From: Lama glama
Lineage: Eukaryota
Length of the DNA stretch: 64,000 nt
Direction: 5' to 3'
Assembly (NCBI GenBank): GCA_028534125.1
Contig: CM052817.1
Location: forward strand, 105,712,001 to 105,776,000
Made by a program: the position numbers and the translations under genes. Shown piece after piece: positions 1 to 13,863 of this stretch. The notes under the pieces are model-generated. The model was given only the letters and a program-made list of their open reading frames with translations. It was not told where the DNA came from and did not search any database. Position 1 is the first letter of the stretch; every line of letters begins with the position of its first letter.

Positions 1-1397
1 AGAGAGAGAGAGAAAGACAGATACTCTGGCACGTGTGCAAACCTTCTCCTGGGAGAGGAGGGGTAGTCAGTGTGTGGGCACATCAGTAACAACTTAGATG
101 AGTTAAGCCTCTAAATCTCTCAGGAGCAATACTCCATCTCAGGCTTCCGAGACATTTTGGCTCGGCCCATCATCCTTTAACCAAGTTAGCCAATGCTTTT
201 TGCTCAGAAAGACCTGACTCCGCAGAAATGTCAGAATAGTGATGGATAATTGTCTCCCAAGAGGATTATCAGGAAATATCTCCCAAAGAAATGGGATTCG
301 AGTTTTGTTTGAAAAAAGGGAACTGACTTTCCTTTGGAGAAATTGAATTGAGCAAATCAGAACATGTGGGCAAGCTCTCTTTTTCACTGGAGTGTCCCTG
401 TGCCATAATATTGAAGTTACTGGAAAGAGACTGATGCTAGGGTGTGCAGGCTAGGAGGTAGCTGTTTAGCCCTAATGCAGTAGAACGTATAATGGTACCC
501 ACTGACCCTTGAAGGTGCAGAAGCATTTTTATCAAGGATCCAAACGCCCTCTTTTGTGCTTTCATGTTGAATCTTATTAAATCTATACATCTTTGTCAAT
601 TAGGAAAGCCATATGTCTTATTTTCTCTGATATTTACAATTAATTCATAAAACCCCATGAATTGTCATAATTTTAGGTGATTAAGACAGTGATTTTTCCA
701 TCTAGTGTTCTCAGACGAATTCTCAAAAAGATGTATCATAGGTATTTTTAGAGGGCATTTATGCCTTATGAAAATTTAGGAAATTCTGTAAAAAGCTAAA
801 ACTTATGAGTCCATCATCTGCACAGTTTTAGGATCTTTGTGTAGTGTTTTTGCAAATGTACAAACAATTAGAGAAGAAAATATCCTCAGGAAACAATTGG
901 AATAAAATCTTCACACTCTGCCATTGGCCAGGAAATAAGTCCCAGCCAGATGGGGTGACAGGGCAGACGGTGGCTCTGGGTTTGCAGAAGGTGTGGCACA
1001 GAGCGAGGCCAGCAAGGTTGTTGTCAGACTGGCCCTATTGATTAAGGTATATCACAGATCAACCTATGTCCTTAAAGTCAGTGGGTTCGGTCCTGAACCT
1101 GGAAATTCACTACTTCCTGCTCAATTCTAGCAGCGAGAAGGACCTTAACCCATCAGGAAATAAAGCCCAGACTTACACTGGGGAAGTGGCTTTTCTTTTT
1201 ACTACCTAGGACTATGCCAAGCACAGAAGAGAGGTTCAGATAATCTTCAGTGGTGTGAAGTATTTTTGCATCGTGTAAGTTTGTATTGTAAGTTTGGGAA
1301 GCAATACACATATTATCGCTTTGTTTCAGTATTAAATTCTGTGATGCCTGTAAACTATTCAGGACATATATTGGAACATAGCATGCTCTTAGTAAAT

Positions 1398-1419
1398 ATT
1401 ATTATTATTATTATTATTA
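1398..1419. repeat. (TAT)n microsatellite
   Basis: attattattattattattatta. Confidence 0.85.
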
Positions 1420-1639
1420 CTTCTGTTAGTCTAAGTATTATTATTAATTTAAAATACACGTACATGCATTTTGAGAATTATATACTTCTATACAATCCAA
1501 AGGGAAGAAAATTTGGAGAGTTCCATTGGAATTAATCTTGTTGATTTTTATTAAAGTCTTTTAGGCATTATTATGAATGGCTATAAACCAGGGAGGGGTT
1601 TCTCACTGAAACTCATTAATAAAATAGATATAGTGTCTT

Positions 1640-1965
1640 TAAAACTTCACCACATATTTGGTTCTCTCCCCCTCTGGGCACATGGGGGTCTTCTTTTGGT
1701 TGGGTGGGGCCATATGATTAGTTTCGGCAAATGAGGCCTTTCATGAGCTGAAACATTCAAAGATCCTCCCTCATGGGCTGCTCCTTCCTCATGGGAAATG
1801 GAATGAAAATACTAGGAACAGTAGATATCCTGCCAGAGCCCTCTGAGGAAGCAACAGGTATGAAACAAAATCTCTATTTTCTAAGCCACTAAGATGTAAA
1901 GATTTGTTTCTGTTTCATTTATTTATTTTTTTTGACTGTCACGTAACTGCATCTATCCTGACGGT
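1640..1965 (+). mobile_element. Old MaLR LTR fragment (MLT1H/I/J-like)
   Basis: ggggccatatgattagtttcggcaaatga...ctctattttctaagccactaagat...ctatcctgac. Confidence 0.5.
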
Positions 1966-2636
1966 TGTAATAATCCATTTTCTTGAGCTTGGCAATTTCC
2001 AATGGAACTCATGAAATTATACGCATTTGAATGAAGAGAAATTAACCTTTTGGGGAAAAAAACCCTAAAAATAAAAATGCTATTTGCTTCTGTCTTAAAA
2101 ACCAAAGGAAAACATTCAGTTTGGGGGGATGAAATGCTACTTAATTTAGGCAGTCACTAGTTTAGGAAGTTTCATTTTGTGATAATATGTAGAAATGATT
2201 TAAAGGGGAAAAATAAAGGCAGGAGGGTGCTTCAAAAGGCAAAATCCAGAGCAATGGCTTTGCAACAAGGGCAACAGAGCAAAGGTGGAGGTGTGAGAAA
2301 TCGGGAGGAGGAGCTGATAGAATGTGGTGTGCAATGGTGTATAAGGAATAAAGGAGCTCAAAAGTGGTGATCTTGTTCTTTAATGAACTATGAGAGTTTC
2401 CAAGACCAATTAATGATAAATAGTTAGAAGAAACCTCTATGATTAAAACTTACTTAAATCTGTTATTTTCTATGTGTAAAAGGAAAAAAGAGGTTCAAAA
2501 TGTGGTGCTCTATTCTAAGATTTCTAAGAGCAAAAATTGTTCGTGTGGTATTTTTTTGAGTTCTCTGTTCTATGTTTCCAAATCTTTTATAGGAGAGGGA
2601 AGTTTTTATTTATCAGTTGTTCCTCAGTAAAGCCAT

Positions 2637-2791
2637 GGAGGGAGGGAGGGAGGATGGGAGGAAGGAAGGAAGGAGGGAAGGAAGGAAGAGAGGAAAGAAG
2701 GGAGGAAAGAAGGAGGGAGGAAGGGAGGAAGGAAGGAGGGAAGGGAGGAAGGGAGGAAAGGAACTGAAGAAGAAAGAAAGAAAAAAAAAAG
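2637..2791 (+). repeat. Polypurine (GGAA/GGAG)n low-complexity tract, about 155 bp
   Basis: Almost exclusively G/A on the + strand. Confidence 0.95.
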
Positions 2792-3110
2792 CAAGTGAGT
2801 ATCTCACTTACCTCATATGTCCACTTCTTATTTTTCTCATTTTAGCAATAACATTTCTAGAATACATAAGTTACTTATATGCATGTTTTATATTTTAAGC
2901 AGACAAACCTTTTTCGATTTTTTTCTCTATAGCAGCAGCAACTTCTACCTTGAAAATAAGCAACCGATTACAGAATTCCAATTTGCTTGATAATATACTA
3001 ATTTGAGGGTGGGAATAAAGAGTCTAGGCAGACAACTGCCAAAGATTTACTTCACATCTGGTGCTATGGAGGGCATGGCTTGCCAGGTCTAAACGTGCTG
3101 TTCCGTGTAG

Positions 3111-3236
<126 letters not shown>

Positions 3237-3259
3237 TAAGTGCTAAGATGAGTATCCAC

Positions 3260-3420
3260 TTTTTTTTTCAATAAAAAAAAATTATTTACTTAAGATTTTT
3301 CTGGAGGGAGGTAATTCGGTTTATTTATGATCAGTTTTTTTTTAACAGAGGTACTGGAGATTGAACCCAGGAACTCATGCATGCTAGGCACATGCTCTAC
3401 CACTGAGCTATACCCACTCC
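3260..3420 (-). mobile_element. tRNA-derived SINE, camelid vic-1 type
   Basis: Reverse complement reads ggagtgggtatagctcagtggtagagcatgtgcctagcatgcatgagttcctgggttcaatctccagtacctc (A and B boxes), then an AT-rich tail and aattacctccc. Short flanking repeat gtatcca at 3252 and 3423. Confidence 0.88.
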
Positions 3421-3879
3421 TTGTATCCATGTTTTGGTTTCTCTCTACTTCTGATAGAAAGCCATGGGAAATCACCAAAAGAAAAATTCAGTTATCCAAC
3501 AAATAGACACATCATTGCACATGATTTAGCTTTGTCTCATCTGCCTGATGGACATTCATTTATCAATATGATGATGAATTTTGTGTGATGTACTTCCTTT
3601 TCTGTGTAATAGAGAAGTGAATTTACAAAGATATGGTTGCATTTTAAAATCGATGTCACAGTTCATATTTTTGCTGATTATCATTAAGATATTCTTATTA
3701 GGATTTTGCAAAATGCTGACGTTTGAACTTGGCATGAGTTCCTCCCAGACAGGAGAGCCACTCTCATCACCATCTATTGAATGTATTGTAATAACATTCT
3801 TGTATCATTTTTGCCCATATAGGAATGAATATAACACTGTATTCGTGAGTATGGAAAGTTGAAATGTTTGAGATCTATA

Positions 3880-4394
3880 AATGTTCATGACAGATGCTTG
3901 GATAAATAAGATGTGATACACACACACACACATATATACACAATGGAATATTACTCAGCCATAAAAAAGAATGAAACAATGTCATCTGCAGCAACATGGG
4001 TAGAACTAGAGATTATCATATTAAGTGAAGTAAGTCAGAAAGAGAAAGACAAATATTATATAATATCACATATATGTGGAATCTGAAAAAATGATGCAAA
4101 TGAAGTTATTTACAAAACACAGATTCACAGATGTAGAAAACAAACTTATGGTTAACAAAGGGGAAAGTGGGGGTAGGGATAAATTAGGAGTTTGGGATTA
4201 GCAGATACACAGTACTGTACATAAAATAGATAAGCAACAAGAACCTACTATATAGCACAGGGAATTATATTCGGTACCTTGTAATAACTATAATGAAGAA
4301 GAATATGAAAAAATATATATTTGTATAACTGAAACATTATGCTTTACACCAAAAACTAGCACAATGTTGTAAATCATGTATACATCAATTAAAA
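3880..4394 (+). mobile_element. 5'-truncated L1 (end of ORF2 plus 3' UTR)
   Basis: caatggaatattactcagccataaaaaagaatgaa...caattaaaaaaa; 18-bp TSD aaatgtttgag(a/g)tct(a/g)ta at 3862-3879 and 4395-4412. Confidence 0.9.
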
Positions 4395-6492
4395 AAATGT
4401 TTGAGGTCTGTACCCTCAGAAAACATGTTGGCATGTTTTATCTTTAAGTATTTACAAAAAAGTAAAAAAGTGATAACTTCCAATGATATCACTCTGAAGA
4501 TTCTGCAGAAGTGCTTTAAGTGATGATAAGGGGGAGAATTTGTATATTGACAATTTCTGATACTATGTGTTTTGAGAATGTATTCGAAACAATGTAAAGC
4601 AGTGCTTAGCAATATTAGTGAATCTGAAACAAACTAGTATTTTATTCTCTTTTTCAAGTAAATTTTGATGAGGGGAACTGCTTCAGATATGTTATATGAG
4701 CCATTATTTGGTTCTTATGTACATTTGTTTCCCTTGAATTAAACTGAAAAATATCTCTTATAAAAGTTGGAGTTGTAAGAATTCTGAAAGAGTGCAGAAT
4801 TCAACTTGGAAAAATAAAAAGGGAGATTCATAAATTAGAGTTGTGGCTCACAGTCAATTAAATATAAACTGTTCTTTGTGCAGCCAAATAGATGCTTTCC
4901 AAGAGTTTGATATATTTGTCAAGCAATTTACTATTGTTTTCAGAATGCCTATCATGTGCTTAGCAATAAAGAGATTAAAAATCATGATATACTGTCACAA
5001 TTATTACATGTTTTTATGGAAAATAAGTAGAACTTAATGGAAATGCAGCATATTTGAAAAGCATTTGCATCAAAGTAATTTTTAGCTCTGACTGCAAGCA
5101 CTATAATCATTCAGAGACCAAAGAAATAAGAATATGAACTGAAAATGATCCCACTTGAGATGGTGTCTAAAATATATATAATGTTTTTATACTAATTGAA
5201 TGAGGATCAAACATCTTTTCATTGGCATTGAGTGTTATGATGAATAAATATGCTTTTGTTGTTTTCAAGTTGTTGGTAAATTATTACTAATCGATAATTT
5301 AATATGTAACATTTGCTTTTATTTATCTCATTCTCCTATTCCCTATCATTGTATCTGATATATTATTATCAACTTTGTGTATTTTTTAAAAATACACTAT
5401 TAATTCAATTATTTGAGTCCAAATTTCTGTGTCTATGACACTAATACAGTTAATAGTATATAGTTGTGGGTATTTTCTTATCCTACAAGTGTATTGTGTT
5501 ATTAGGATAAAATAGCTACGGGGGAGAGGAGTCTAAATTTGTCTGAATAAAGTGAGTGCCATGAGTCATTTTGTGTTTGTATGTTTATCTGATACACTCT
5601 CAGAACTTAGCATCTCTTTAGGGTCAAAATGATTATTACGTATCTGAAGCTGGAGCTATTAATCATTACAAGAACATTCAAATAATGTGAACACATATAA
5701 GGCAACGTTTTATTTAAGTTATTTCTATAACTTATGAGAAACACTGAAAAGTGTGCTTGAGGATATTTTTAAACGTCTTGATTTCACCTAGGGGTGTATA
5801 GTGAAATGCACAAGTGTTTTGCCAATACTTGTAAGAAGACAAAATTAAACTATCACAATTCTACCTGCATACAAAGCCACATTTGGAATGAATGTGAATG
5901 ATCATCATGCTTCCTACTGTGTTTCACAGCAACTCTTCCTATTACTAAAATGAAGAGTAAGAATGGAAAGTAGCATGCATTTCCAAAAATAGACGTTTAA
6001 ATATGTAAAGTGTTTTTAACATAATGAGGATTTATTCCACATCAGGAGAACCTGAGGGTAGATAATGGTCTTTTCTCTTACCAATTCATGGAACGTTTTT
6101 CTGCCTAAATGTGGCACGTGTTCTGAGATGGCGTTTTCTATGAATTGTGTTTTTCCAAATTTGAGACTATTTTCTTACTATTGTGCTTGGTACATAGTCC
6201 AGGCCAGGCAGAAGATCTGATGCATAATATATGTTTAATTAATATAAGTCTTCTCCCTCTGATCGCTCGTCACACTAATCTGCTTTGCTCTTAGATGGCC
6301 ATACCCTCATTTCAAATAATTTATATTTCCCATGTCTGAAAAACGTCTAGACAGGTGTCAGGATTTTATATCCTTAGTGCCTCTTGACTGGTAGGCACTT
6401 AATTTATGTTTCTCATAGGAATGGAAGTAAAGAAAGAAGGAACTGTTACACTCTTTCCTAAACCAGACTAGTAGTATTGAATGAAGACTGTA

Positions 6493-7203
6493 TTTCTTTT
6501 TTTTTAATTGAAGTATAATCAGTTTACAATGTTGTGTCAATTTCTGGTGTACAGCATAATGTTTCAGTCAGATATATACATACATATACTCCTTGTCATA
6601 TTCTTTTTCAGTATAGGTTACTACAAGATATTGAATATAGTTCCCTGTGCTATATGGAAGAAACTTGTTGTATATCTATTTTATATACAGTAGTTAGTAT
6701 CTACCAATATCAAACTCTTTATTTATCCCATCCCACCCCATTTCCCTCTAGTAATCATAAGTTTGCTCTCTCTGTCTGTGAATCTGTTTCTGTTTTGTGA
6801 ATAAGTACATTTGTGTCTCTCTTTTTTTACTTAGAGTCCACCTGTAAGTGATATCATATGGTATTTTTCTTTCTCTTTCTGGCTTACTTCACTTAGAATG
6901 ATGATCTCCACATCCATCCATATTTCTGCAAATGGCACGATTTTATTCTTTTTTATGGCTGAGTAGTATTCCATGGTGTAAATATACCACAACTTCTTTA
7001 TCCGGTCATCTGCCAATGGACATTTAGGTTGTTTCCATGTCTTGGCTATTGTAAATAGTGCTGCTATGAACATTGGGGTGCATGTGTCTTTTCAAATTAG
7101 AGTTCCCTCCAGATATATGCCCAGGAGTGGGATTGCTGAATCACATGGTAAGTCTATTTTTAATTTTTTAAGGAATCTCCATGCTGTTTTCCATAATGGC
7201 TAC
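6493..7203 (-). mobile_element. Relatively young L1 3' end, cut by the assembly gap
   Basis: ORF 6831..7073 encodes the L1 ORF2 C-terminus (MFIAALFTIAKTWKQPKCP...WYIYTMEYYSAIKKN); poly-T at the left end. Confidence 0.95.
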
Positions 7204-7703
7204 NNNNNNNNNNNNNNNNNNNNNNNNNNNNNNNNNNNNNNNNNNNNNNNNNNNNNNNNNNNNNNNNNNNNNNNNNNNNNNNNNNNNNNNNNNNNNNNNN
7301 NNNNNNNNNNNNNNNNNNNNNNNNNNNNNNNNNNNNNNNNNNNNNNNNNNNNNNNNNNNNNNNNNNNNNNNNNNNNNNNNNNNNNNNNNNNNNNNNNNNN
7401 NNNNNNNNNNNNNNNNNNNNNNNNNNNNNNNNNNNNNNNNNNNNNNNNNNNNNNNNNNNNNNNNNNNNNNNNNNNNNNNNNNNNNNNNNNNNNNNNNNNN
7501 NNNNNNNNNNNNNNNNNNNNNNNNNNNNNNNNNNNNNNNNNNNNNNNNNNNNNNNNNNNNNNNNNNNNNNNNNNNNNNNNNNNNNNNNNNNNNNNNNNNN
7601 NNNNNNNNNNNNNNNNNNNNNNNNNNNNNNNNNNNNNNNNNNNNNNNNNNNNNNNNNNNNNNNNNNNNNNNNNNNNNNNNNNNNNNNNNNNNNNNNNNNN
7701 NNN
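7204..7703. other. Assembly gap (500 N)
   Basis: Run of N that starts inside a young L1. Confidence 1.
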
Positions 7704-10700
7704 CACCATATGGAGTTCACAATATCTGGGTCACTTGAGTCAGCTCAAGGGTCACACCAAACCTGTAAGACTGCTGTCTGCAGAAGTCTTGTTAGAGTTC
7801 CTGAAATTACAACAGTTATAGATCAGGGCATTTGCTTATTCAACCTGGTCATTTATCTATGTGGCTTGCACAAATCCACATTTTCTCTGAGTGCTAAGAA
7901 GAGAAAACTCACTAGGACTTTCCTTAAAGGAAAACTTTTATGTCATTGAGGATTTGACTGAAACTTGTGATTGAAGAAAACCTTGAACCCTGAGAACATT
8001 ATAATTCTTTAAAGGTTTAAAGAATCAATTTTTTTTCTCTCTCTCTCAGGTAGATTTCATTATAAATCTCCTAGATTGTTTGTTTGAGATTTATGTCTTT
8101 CATGGAATTCTAAAAATACTCTGGAGATATTTACTCAGTGGATTTTTTTTTTCTGATTCAAAGCAATGTGTGGATATTTCATTAGGCTTCTCAGTTTCAA
8201 TTTAGCATCAACATACTTTACAGCAATGTCAAACAATTGGTAAGGTCTGTAAGTAAGTTAGAACCCTACATACTTTATGACTAGTACTTTTTCAAAATGT
8301 ATGATTCTTTTTTTAAAAAAAATCGAATTTATCAAATTGAAACACAGTGAAATGTCATCTACCATTGACTGCTGACATTTGCTATATGTATTAAATAACT
8401 CATAAAACTCAGGAAGCTGTCTTATTTGTTCATTTTAACTTGGAATTTTAATATTGCTGCTGTAGAGAAACCAAATCATACTCTTTAGCAAACAGGGTAT
8501 AAGAAGAGGCTCAAAACCAAGAACAGTTTGATGTTTTGTTTGTTTTGATCAGTTGTGAACACTGATGATTCACACAACTCCTGCGGTGAGCTCTGTTGAG
8601 AACTTCATCTTTGGCCAGAAATACTTCAAGAAAAAGCGTTCTGTAATAAAGATGACATGGAAGAATTCTTAATAAATACCTGTCAAATCAATTACAGGAG
8701 AATGTTTTGAAATGTCAGTGTCCAAGTAATCAACGATAAATCTGTATGCTGATTACCGAATGAGCATCAAGCAGGTAAATGCTTGAACACTATCAAAATC
8801 TATTACTCAGTTTACTAGGAGCAGCAGTATGTACCCAAAACAAGTTAAAAAATAATTACCCACAGCTATTTCTCTTACGCACAACATGTACCACTGTAAA
8901 CATCAATCCTACAGTTTAAGTCTTCTCAGACCCTTTGGGAAAAAAAATCATTAGTGGTTGATATCACAGTCATGATAGAGACCTTCATTTCTTCAAGGCT
9001 GAAAGGAAAACGTGGTAAAAGCAAAAATCTATAAAATAAAAAGCCATGGAGACGTGATATTTGGCAGGTCCAGGAGGAGGTCAGTGTTTTGAACAGAATG
9101 AACAAATCACCAGCATAGCAGATGTTCATTAGGAAACTCAGAACAGCGTGAGAGAAACAAGACAGAACCCCATCCTGCTGGAAAATGAGGTTGTCAGAAG
9201 CTTTCTGTAGGTGTAGGGAGAAAGGAAATAACTATGTTATCAACAAATCCAGATATGTAATCACTCTCATGTTCTCAGCAAAAATAACGAATAGAACGAA
9301 GATCTGTATGTTGGTGAATCCCTTACGTGTTCAGTCCTAACATGCTCATTTTCAACGCCTCCTCTGGAATACTTAGCTATTCTTTTTTCTGCTTAGAAAG
9401 GAAAAAGGAAATCTAAAGTAGCCTTGTCATCGTGAGATGACCTGCAGAGTCACCTTACTCTTCTCCATGACTCTAATAATGAGAAGAGATTGCATTGCTT
9501 GACATTATCTGTATCTGTCAGGACCTGCAGCTTCTGAACATGGCAATAATCCATCTTTAGTTACTTACAGAATATATGCCAGGGCCAATTCACTTTGGCC
9601 ATTACTTGGAGAACATTCTTAACCTTAGATGTACTAAAGAGTAGCTCTATAATTTGGTACATGTATAACTTAATTTTTAATAATACACATTTGAAAATGT
9701 CGACTTTTTTCAACTTACCCTGTAGGCACATACATTTCACATATGTACATAGATGTGTGTATTAAATAACCAGGGCTTGTATTAAGCAGGTGTACACAGG
9801 TCGTCACACATTCTGATTGGTGGTGCCCAGACCCCAGCAGCTGTAAGATATTTTTAAATCATTCACAAATAATTGAGCTTTAAGAAATGTTTAATCTGAA
9901 CAAGGCAACGTTTTGTCCTTTGCATGATTTAACCTATCGCTAACCATAGCAACCATACTATTTCCATTTCATGAATTAAGAAACAGACACACAGCGAAAT
10001 GAAATGACTTCCTCAATTTTCACACTGTTATTAAATTCTGGACCTGAGATACACATGGTCATAGTCTCCTTGGAGTGCTGTGTTTGAGTGTTTTTAAACA
10101 CTTGACTCAGGTGGTAGCACTCCATGCCCCCAACCCACCCACTCCCCCGACACACACATACACACGCTGACCTCTATGTACAATTTGCCTTTACTGTTAG
10201 TTTACCTACTAATCTTTTTTTCTTTTGTTTTGTTTTGTGGAGAGATGTCAAAACTGTCATTTGATCAGATACAGATCTAAAACTTGTTTTATGGGATTTT
10301 TTTAAAGGTATGCTCATTTTTACTGTACATAAAAATAGTATATTATATTACAGGACATTGAATCAATCAAGTTAAATTGATTATAATGTGTGTTTAATAA
10401 TAATTGGGTCACGTTATGTTCTGGTGTTTTCAATGGTTAAATTACTTCCAATAGAACACAAGCATGTTCATTCCTTATTTTCATCATCATCCGAGGGCTT
10501 CTTTCACAGCTGCCAGTGTGTTAAATACTCTGAGATCAACAGTGGTTGTATTCATTATTAAATATTATTGGCATCAACTTTAGAAAGGATACAACATATA
10601 CTTATGTTTCAACTATGAAAGGAATGACTATAAAATAGATTTGCTTCATTTCTAATCCATCATATCAGGGTAGATTGTTTATCTATTTCAAAACATGGCT

Positions 10701-11641
10701 TCATGTATGATAATTAAGTACTCTGTAAACAATTCAAGCATCTGGAGTATAGTAGTTAATTCATTACACAGATACATCAATTTAATTTTACTTTTGAATC
10801 TTTGTCCAGTAATGATATATTTTAATTCAATTCAATTATCTTTTGTTCATTTAGATTTATGAGTTGTAGAACTGAAAAATAACCTCGGGTGTTCCTTAGA
10901 CTTTTATGAATTTTTTTTTCATGGAACATTGTAAAAATGCCATTCTATAGCCATATAAAATGCTAATTGGGCAGCCCACTTTTCTTTATCATCAGCAGGA
11001 GATAAAAGGGGAATTAAAAGGCACCATGTGAAAGATTTTAGATAAAATGCTTTTGTTGAATGGTGTATTCATTTTCACGACCAGCTCATTCAGTGCAATG
11101 AGCTTATTTCTAAGTAGCAGTTGTTATTTTTCTCTCTGGTCCATTATGAACATTAAAGGAAAAAAAAAAACAAGTATAAGCTTTGGGCCACTTAAAGATA
11201 AATATGAAAAAATCTCAAATGGTCAGATAGGCTCATTGGCAGAGAATCATCTCAGATACCTCCACGTTATCCCACTTTTATAGGCAGCTGTTTGAGTTAA
11301 ATTTCCTTACATCCACAGACCTCTGCCAGCATTTTCTTCGCCCTCTTCGCCTTTAATGAAATTCCGTTCTCCTTACTGAAGAGCTGGGACTCTCATTCTA
11401 AACAGCCTTGATGCTGTAGGTCTGAGGGAGGGAGTCATTTTCTGCACCCTTTTTGCCCACACAGTCATTTACAGACATTGGTCCTACAACAACATAAGGA
11501 AAATAAAAAAGCATATCCCATTTAGAAATATGCAATCCTCCGTCTCAGTCAAACAAGGGGAGAAACGTGAAGGGGATTATTGTAGGTAAAGAGCGTGTGC
11601 AAAGGCACATGTAACTAACAAATCATGGCATGCTGACTTTT

Positions 11642-11829
11642 TTTTTTACATTTTTTATTGATTCGTAATCATTTTACAGTGTTGTGTCCAATTCCAGTGC
11701 TCAGCACAATTTTTCAGTCCTTCATGGACATATACACACTCATTGTCACATTTTTTTCTCTGTGATTTATCATAACATTTTGTGTATATTTCCCTGTGCT
11801 ATACAGTGTCATCTTGTTTATCTATTCTA
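11642..11829 (-). mobile_element. Short L1 3'-UTR insertion
   Basis: Poly-T followed by L1 3' UTR motifs (ttccctgtgctatacag); perfect 13-bp TSD catgctgactttt at 11629-11641 and 11830-11842. Confidence 0.85.
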
Positions 11830-12121
11830 CATGCTGACTTTTATAATCAGAAAATAAAATCAACTTAACAAAAACGGTTCTGATTCCTTTCAGAAAGTCC
11901 AGGTTTTTTTTCTGTATAGTAGGAGTATAAAGTGTTGTATTGATTGACCAATTTGAATAGCATTTTTGAGAGTTGCCAAGGGATGGTCTGGTTTTGATTG
12001 TTTACTATGGAGGCTGAACTTCTTGATTAATGGTAATTTATGGCTTCTGTTGAAACTTTGTCATATTCATGATGTGGCTTATTGTAATCAGACCTTATCT
12101 TTCTGTATCATTTATATGCAT

Positions 12122-12634
12122 GTGTCTTATTGTGGATCTTTGGAAAAGTAGATAGTAAGCATTGTGCAAGAAACACTTGGATATTAAATTAGGAGAAACA
12201 CCTGTGAGAACAAATGTGGAGGGAGCCTAGGATGTCTGGGAGAGCTGTCTGCCCCTGGTGCATGTCTTCTCCTGATGCATGTCTGATCATGGGGCCTGTC
12301 TGAGTCTGAGTGAAGAATGGTAAGAAAAGAAATGAGTTTGGGTGAAGCATCTTAGTCCAGCATAGATTCTAAGGAAGCTTTAGCCATGCATTGGATGTCC
12401 TAGAGCCAGGACTCACATTCAGAGACGACTCACATCAGTAGAAATGGGCCTTTTCTGCTATCAGTACTGGACTCAGACATTGGCACACAGGAGTCTGGGG
12501 ACAGCGTGATCATGTCGCAAGTGTAGCTAGAGATTTCAAAGCACAGCAGCTGAGACCCTCGGTCAGTCAAGCTCCTCACAGTAGAACTGATGGTCTTATT
12601 CTTATGTCTGATGCAGCATGGAACACGAGTCCTA
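12122..12634 (-). mobile_element. Old ERVL LTR (LTR16-like)
   Basis: Motifs acacctgtgag...gggagagc...gaagctttagcc...gcacagcagctgag resemble the LTR16 group. Confidence 0.6.
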
Positions 12635-12959
12635 CAGAAATCAGTACTTACCAAGAGCTGAATAAAATTAACTTAAATTACAGGTAACCATAAAAATGAG
12701 GGGAATATTTTTCTAAGGATTCATATTGAGATCTGTGCAAAATCTTTAAGTCAACTTCCACTATTGAACATTTAGTATCTAATTTAAGGGGTTTCCAATT
12801 TCTAGTTCAAATCTATATTGTATATTTATACTGTACGCATATACGTGATGCTTAGTTTTCCATAGTAACTAATACACAAGGTGTACTTTAATCTCAACAG
12901 TAGACCTAGACCATTAAATCACATTAAAAGCTATTGCCAAAACCTTGACATAGTCTATT

Positions 12960-13863
12960 TATTTATTTTTTTAATTGAAGTACAGTCAGTTACAATTTCT
13001 GGTATACAGCACAATGTCCCAGTCATGCATACATATACATATATTCATTTTCATATTCTTTTTCATTAAAGGTTAATATAAGATATTAGATGTAGCTACC
13101 TGTGCTATACAGAAGAAATTTTTATGTTTTATATATAGTGGCTAGTATTTGCAAATCTCAAACTCTTAAATTGACCCCTTCCCATCCTCTTTCCCTACTA
13201 ACCATAAGATTATTTACTATTTCTGTGAGTCTGTTTCTGTTTTGTTGATGAATTCATTAGTGTCCTCTTTTTCCTTTTTTTTAGATTTCACATATGAGTG
13301 GTATCATATGGTATTTTTCTTTCTATTTCTGGCTTACTTCATTTAGAATGATGATCTCTAAATCCATCTATGTTGCAGCAAATGGCAGTATTTTATTCTT
13401 TTTTATGGCTGAGTAGTATTCCGTTGTGTAAATATACCACAACTTCTTTATCCAGTCATCTGTCATGTCCACTAAATGTCAGTGGACATTTAGTTCGTTT
13501 CCATGTCTTGGCTATTGTATATAATGCTGATATGAACATTGGGGTGTAGGTATATTTCTGAATTAGAGATTCCTCCAAATACATGCCCAGGAGTAGGATT
13601 GCTGGATCATAGGGTAAGTTTATTTTTAGCTTCTTGAGAAAGCTCCATACTGTTTTCCATACTGGCTTCACTAAACTACATTCCCACCAACAGTGTAGGA
13701 GGGCTCCTTTTTCTCCACCGCCTCTCCAGCATTTATTGTTTGTGGACTTTTTAATGATGGCCACCTGATTGATGTGAGGTGATAGCTCCTTGTAGTTTTG
13801 ATTTGCATTTCTCTGATAATTAGTGATATTGAGCATTTTTTCATGTGCCTATGGCCATTTGTA
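12960..13863 (-). mobile_element. 5'-truncated L1 (ORF2 C-terminal region plus 3' UTR)
   Basis: ORF 13456..13836 encodes L1 ORF2 motifs ([26 protein letters not shown]...LPYDPAI); 15-bp TSD ttgac(a/t)tagt(c/t)tatt at 12945-12959 and 13864-13878. Confidence 0.95.

Noticed and set aside
2537..2898. G/R/K/E-rich and P/S/L/F-rich ORFs
   Set aside because: Translations of the polypurine repeat.
1..3110. Further upstream FSTL5 exons
   Set aside because: I saw no sequence encoding the preceding FSTL5 segment; it probably lies before the window.
7042..7821. Long ORFs of 169-259 aa
   Set aside because: Artefacts of translating through the 500-N gap.
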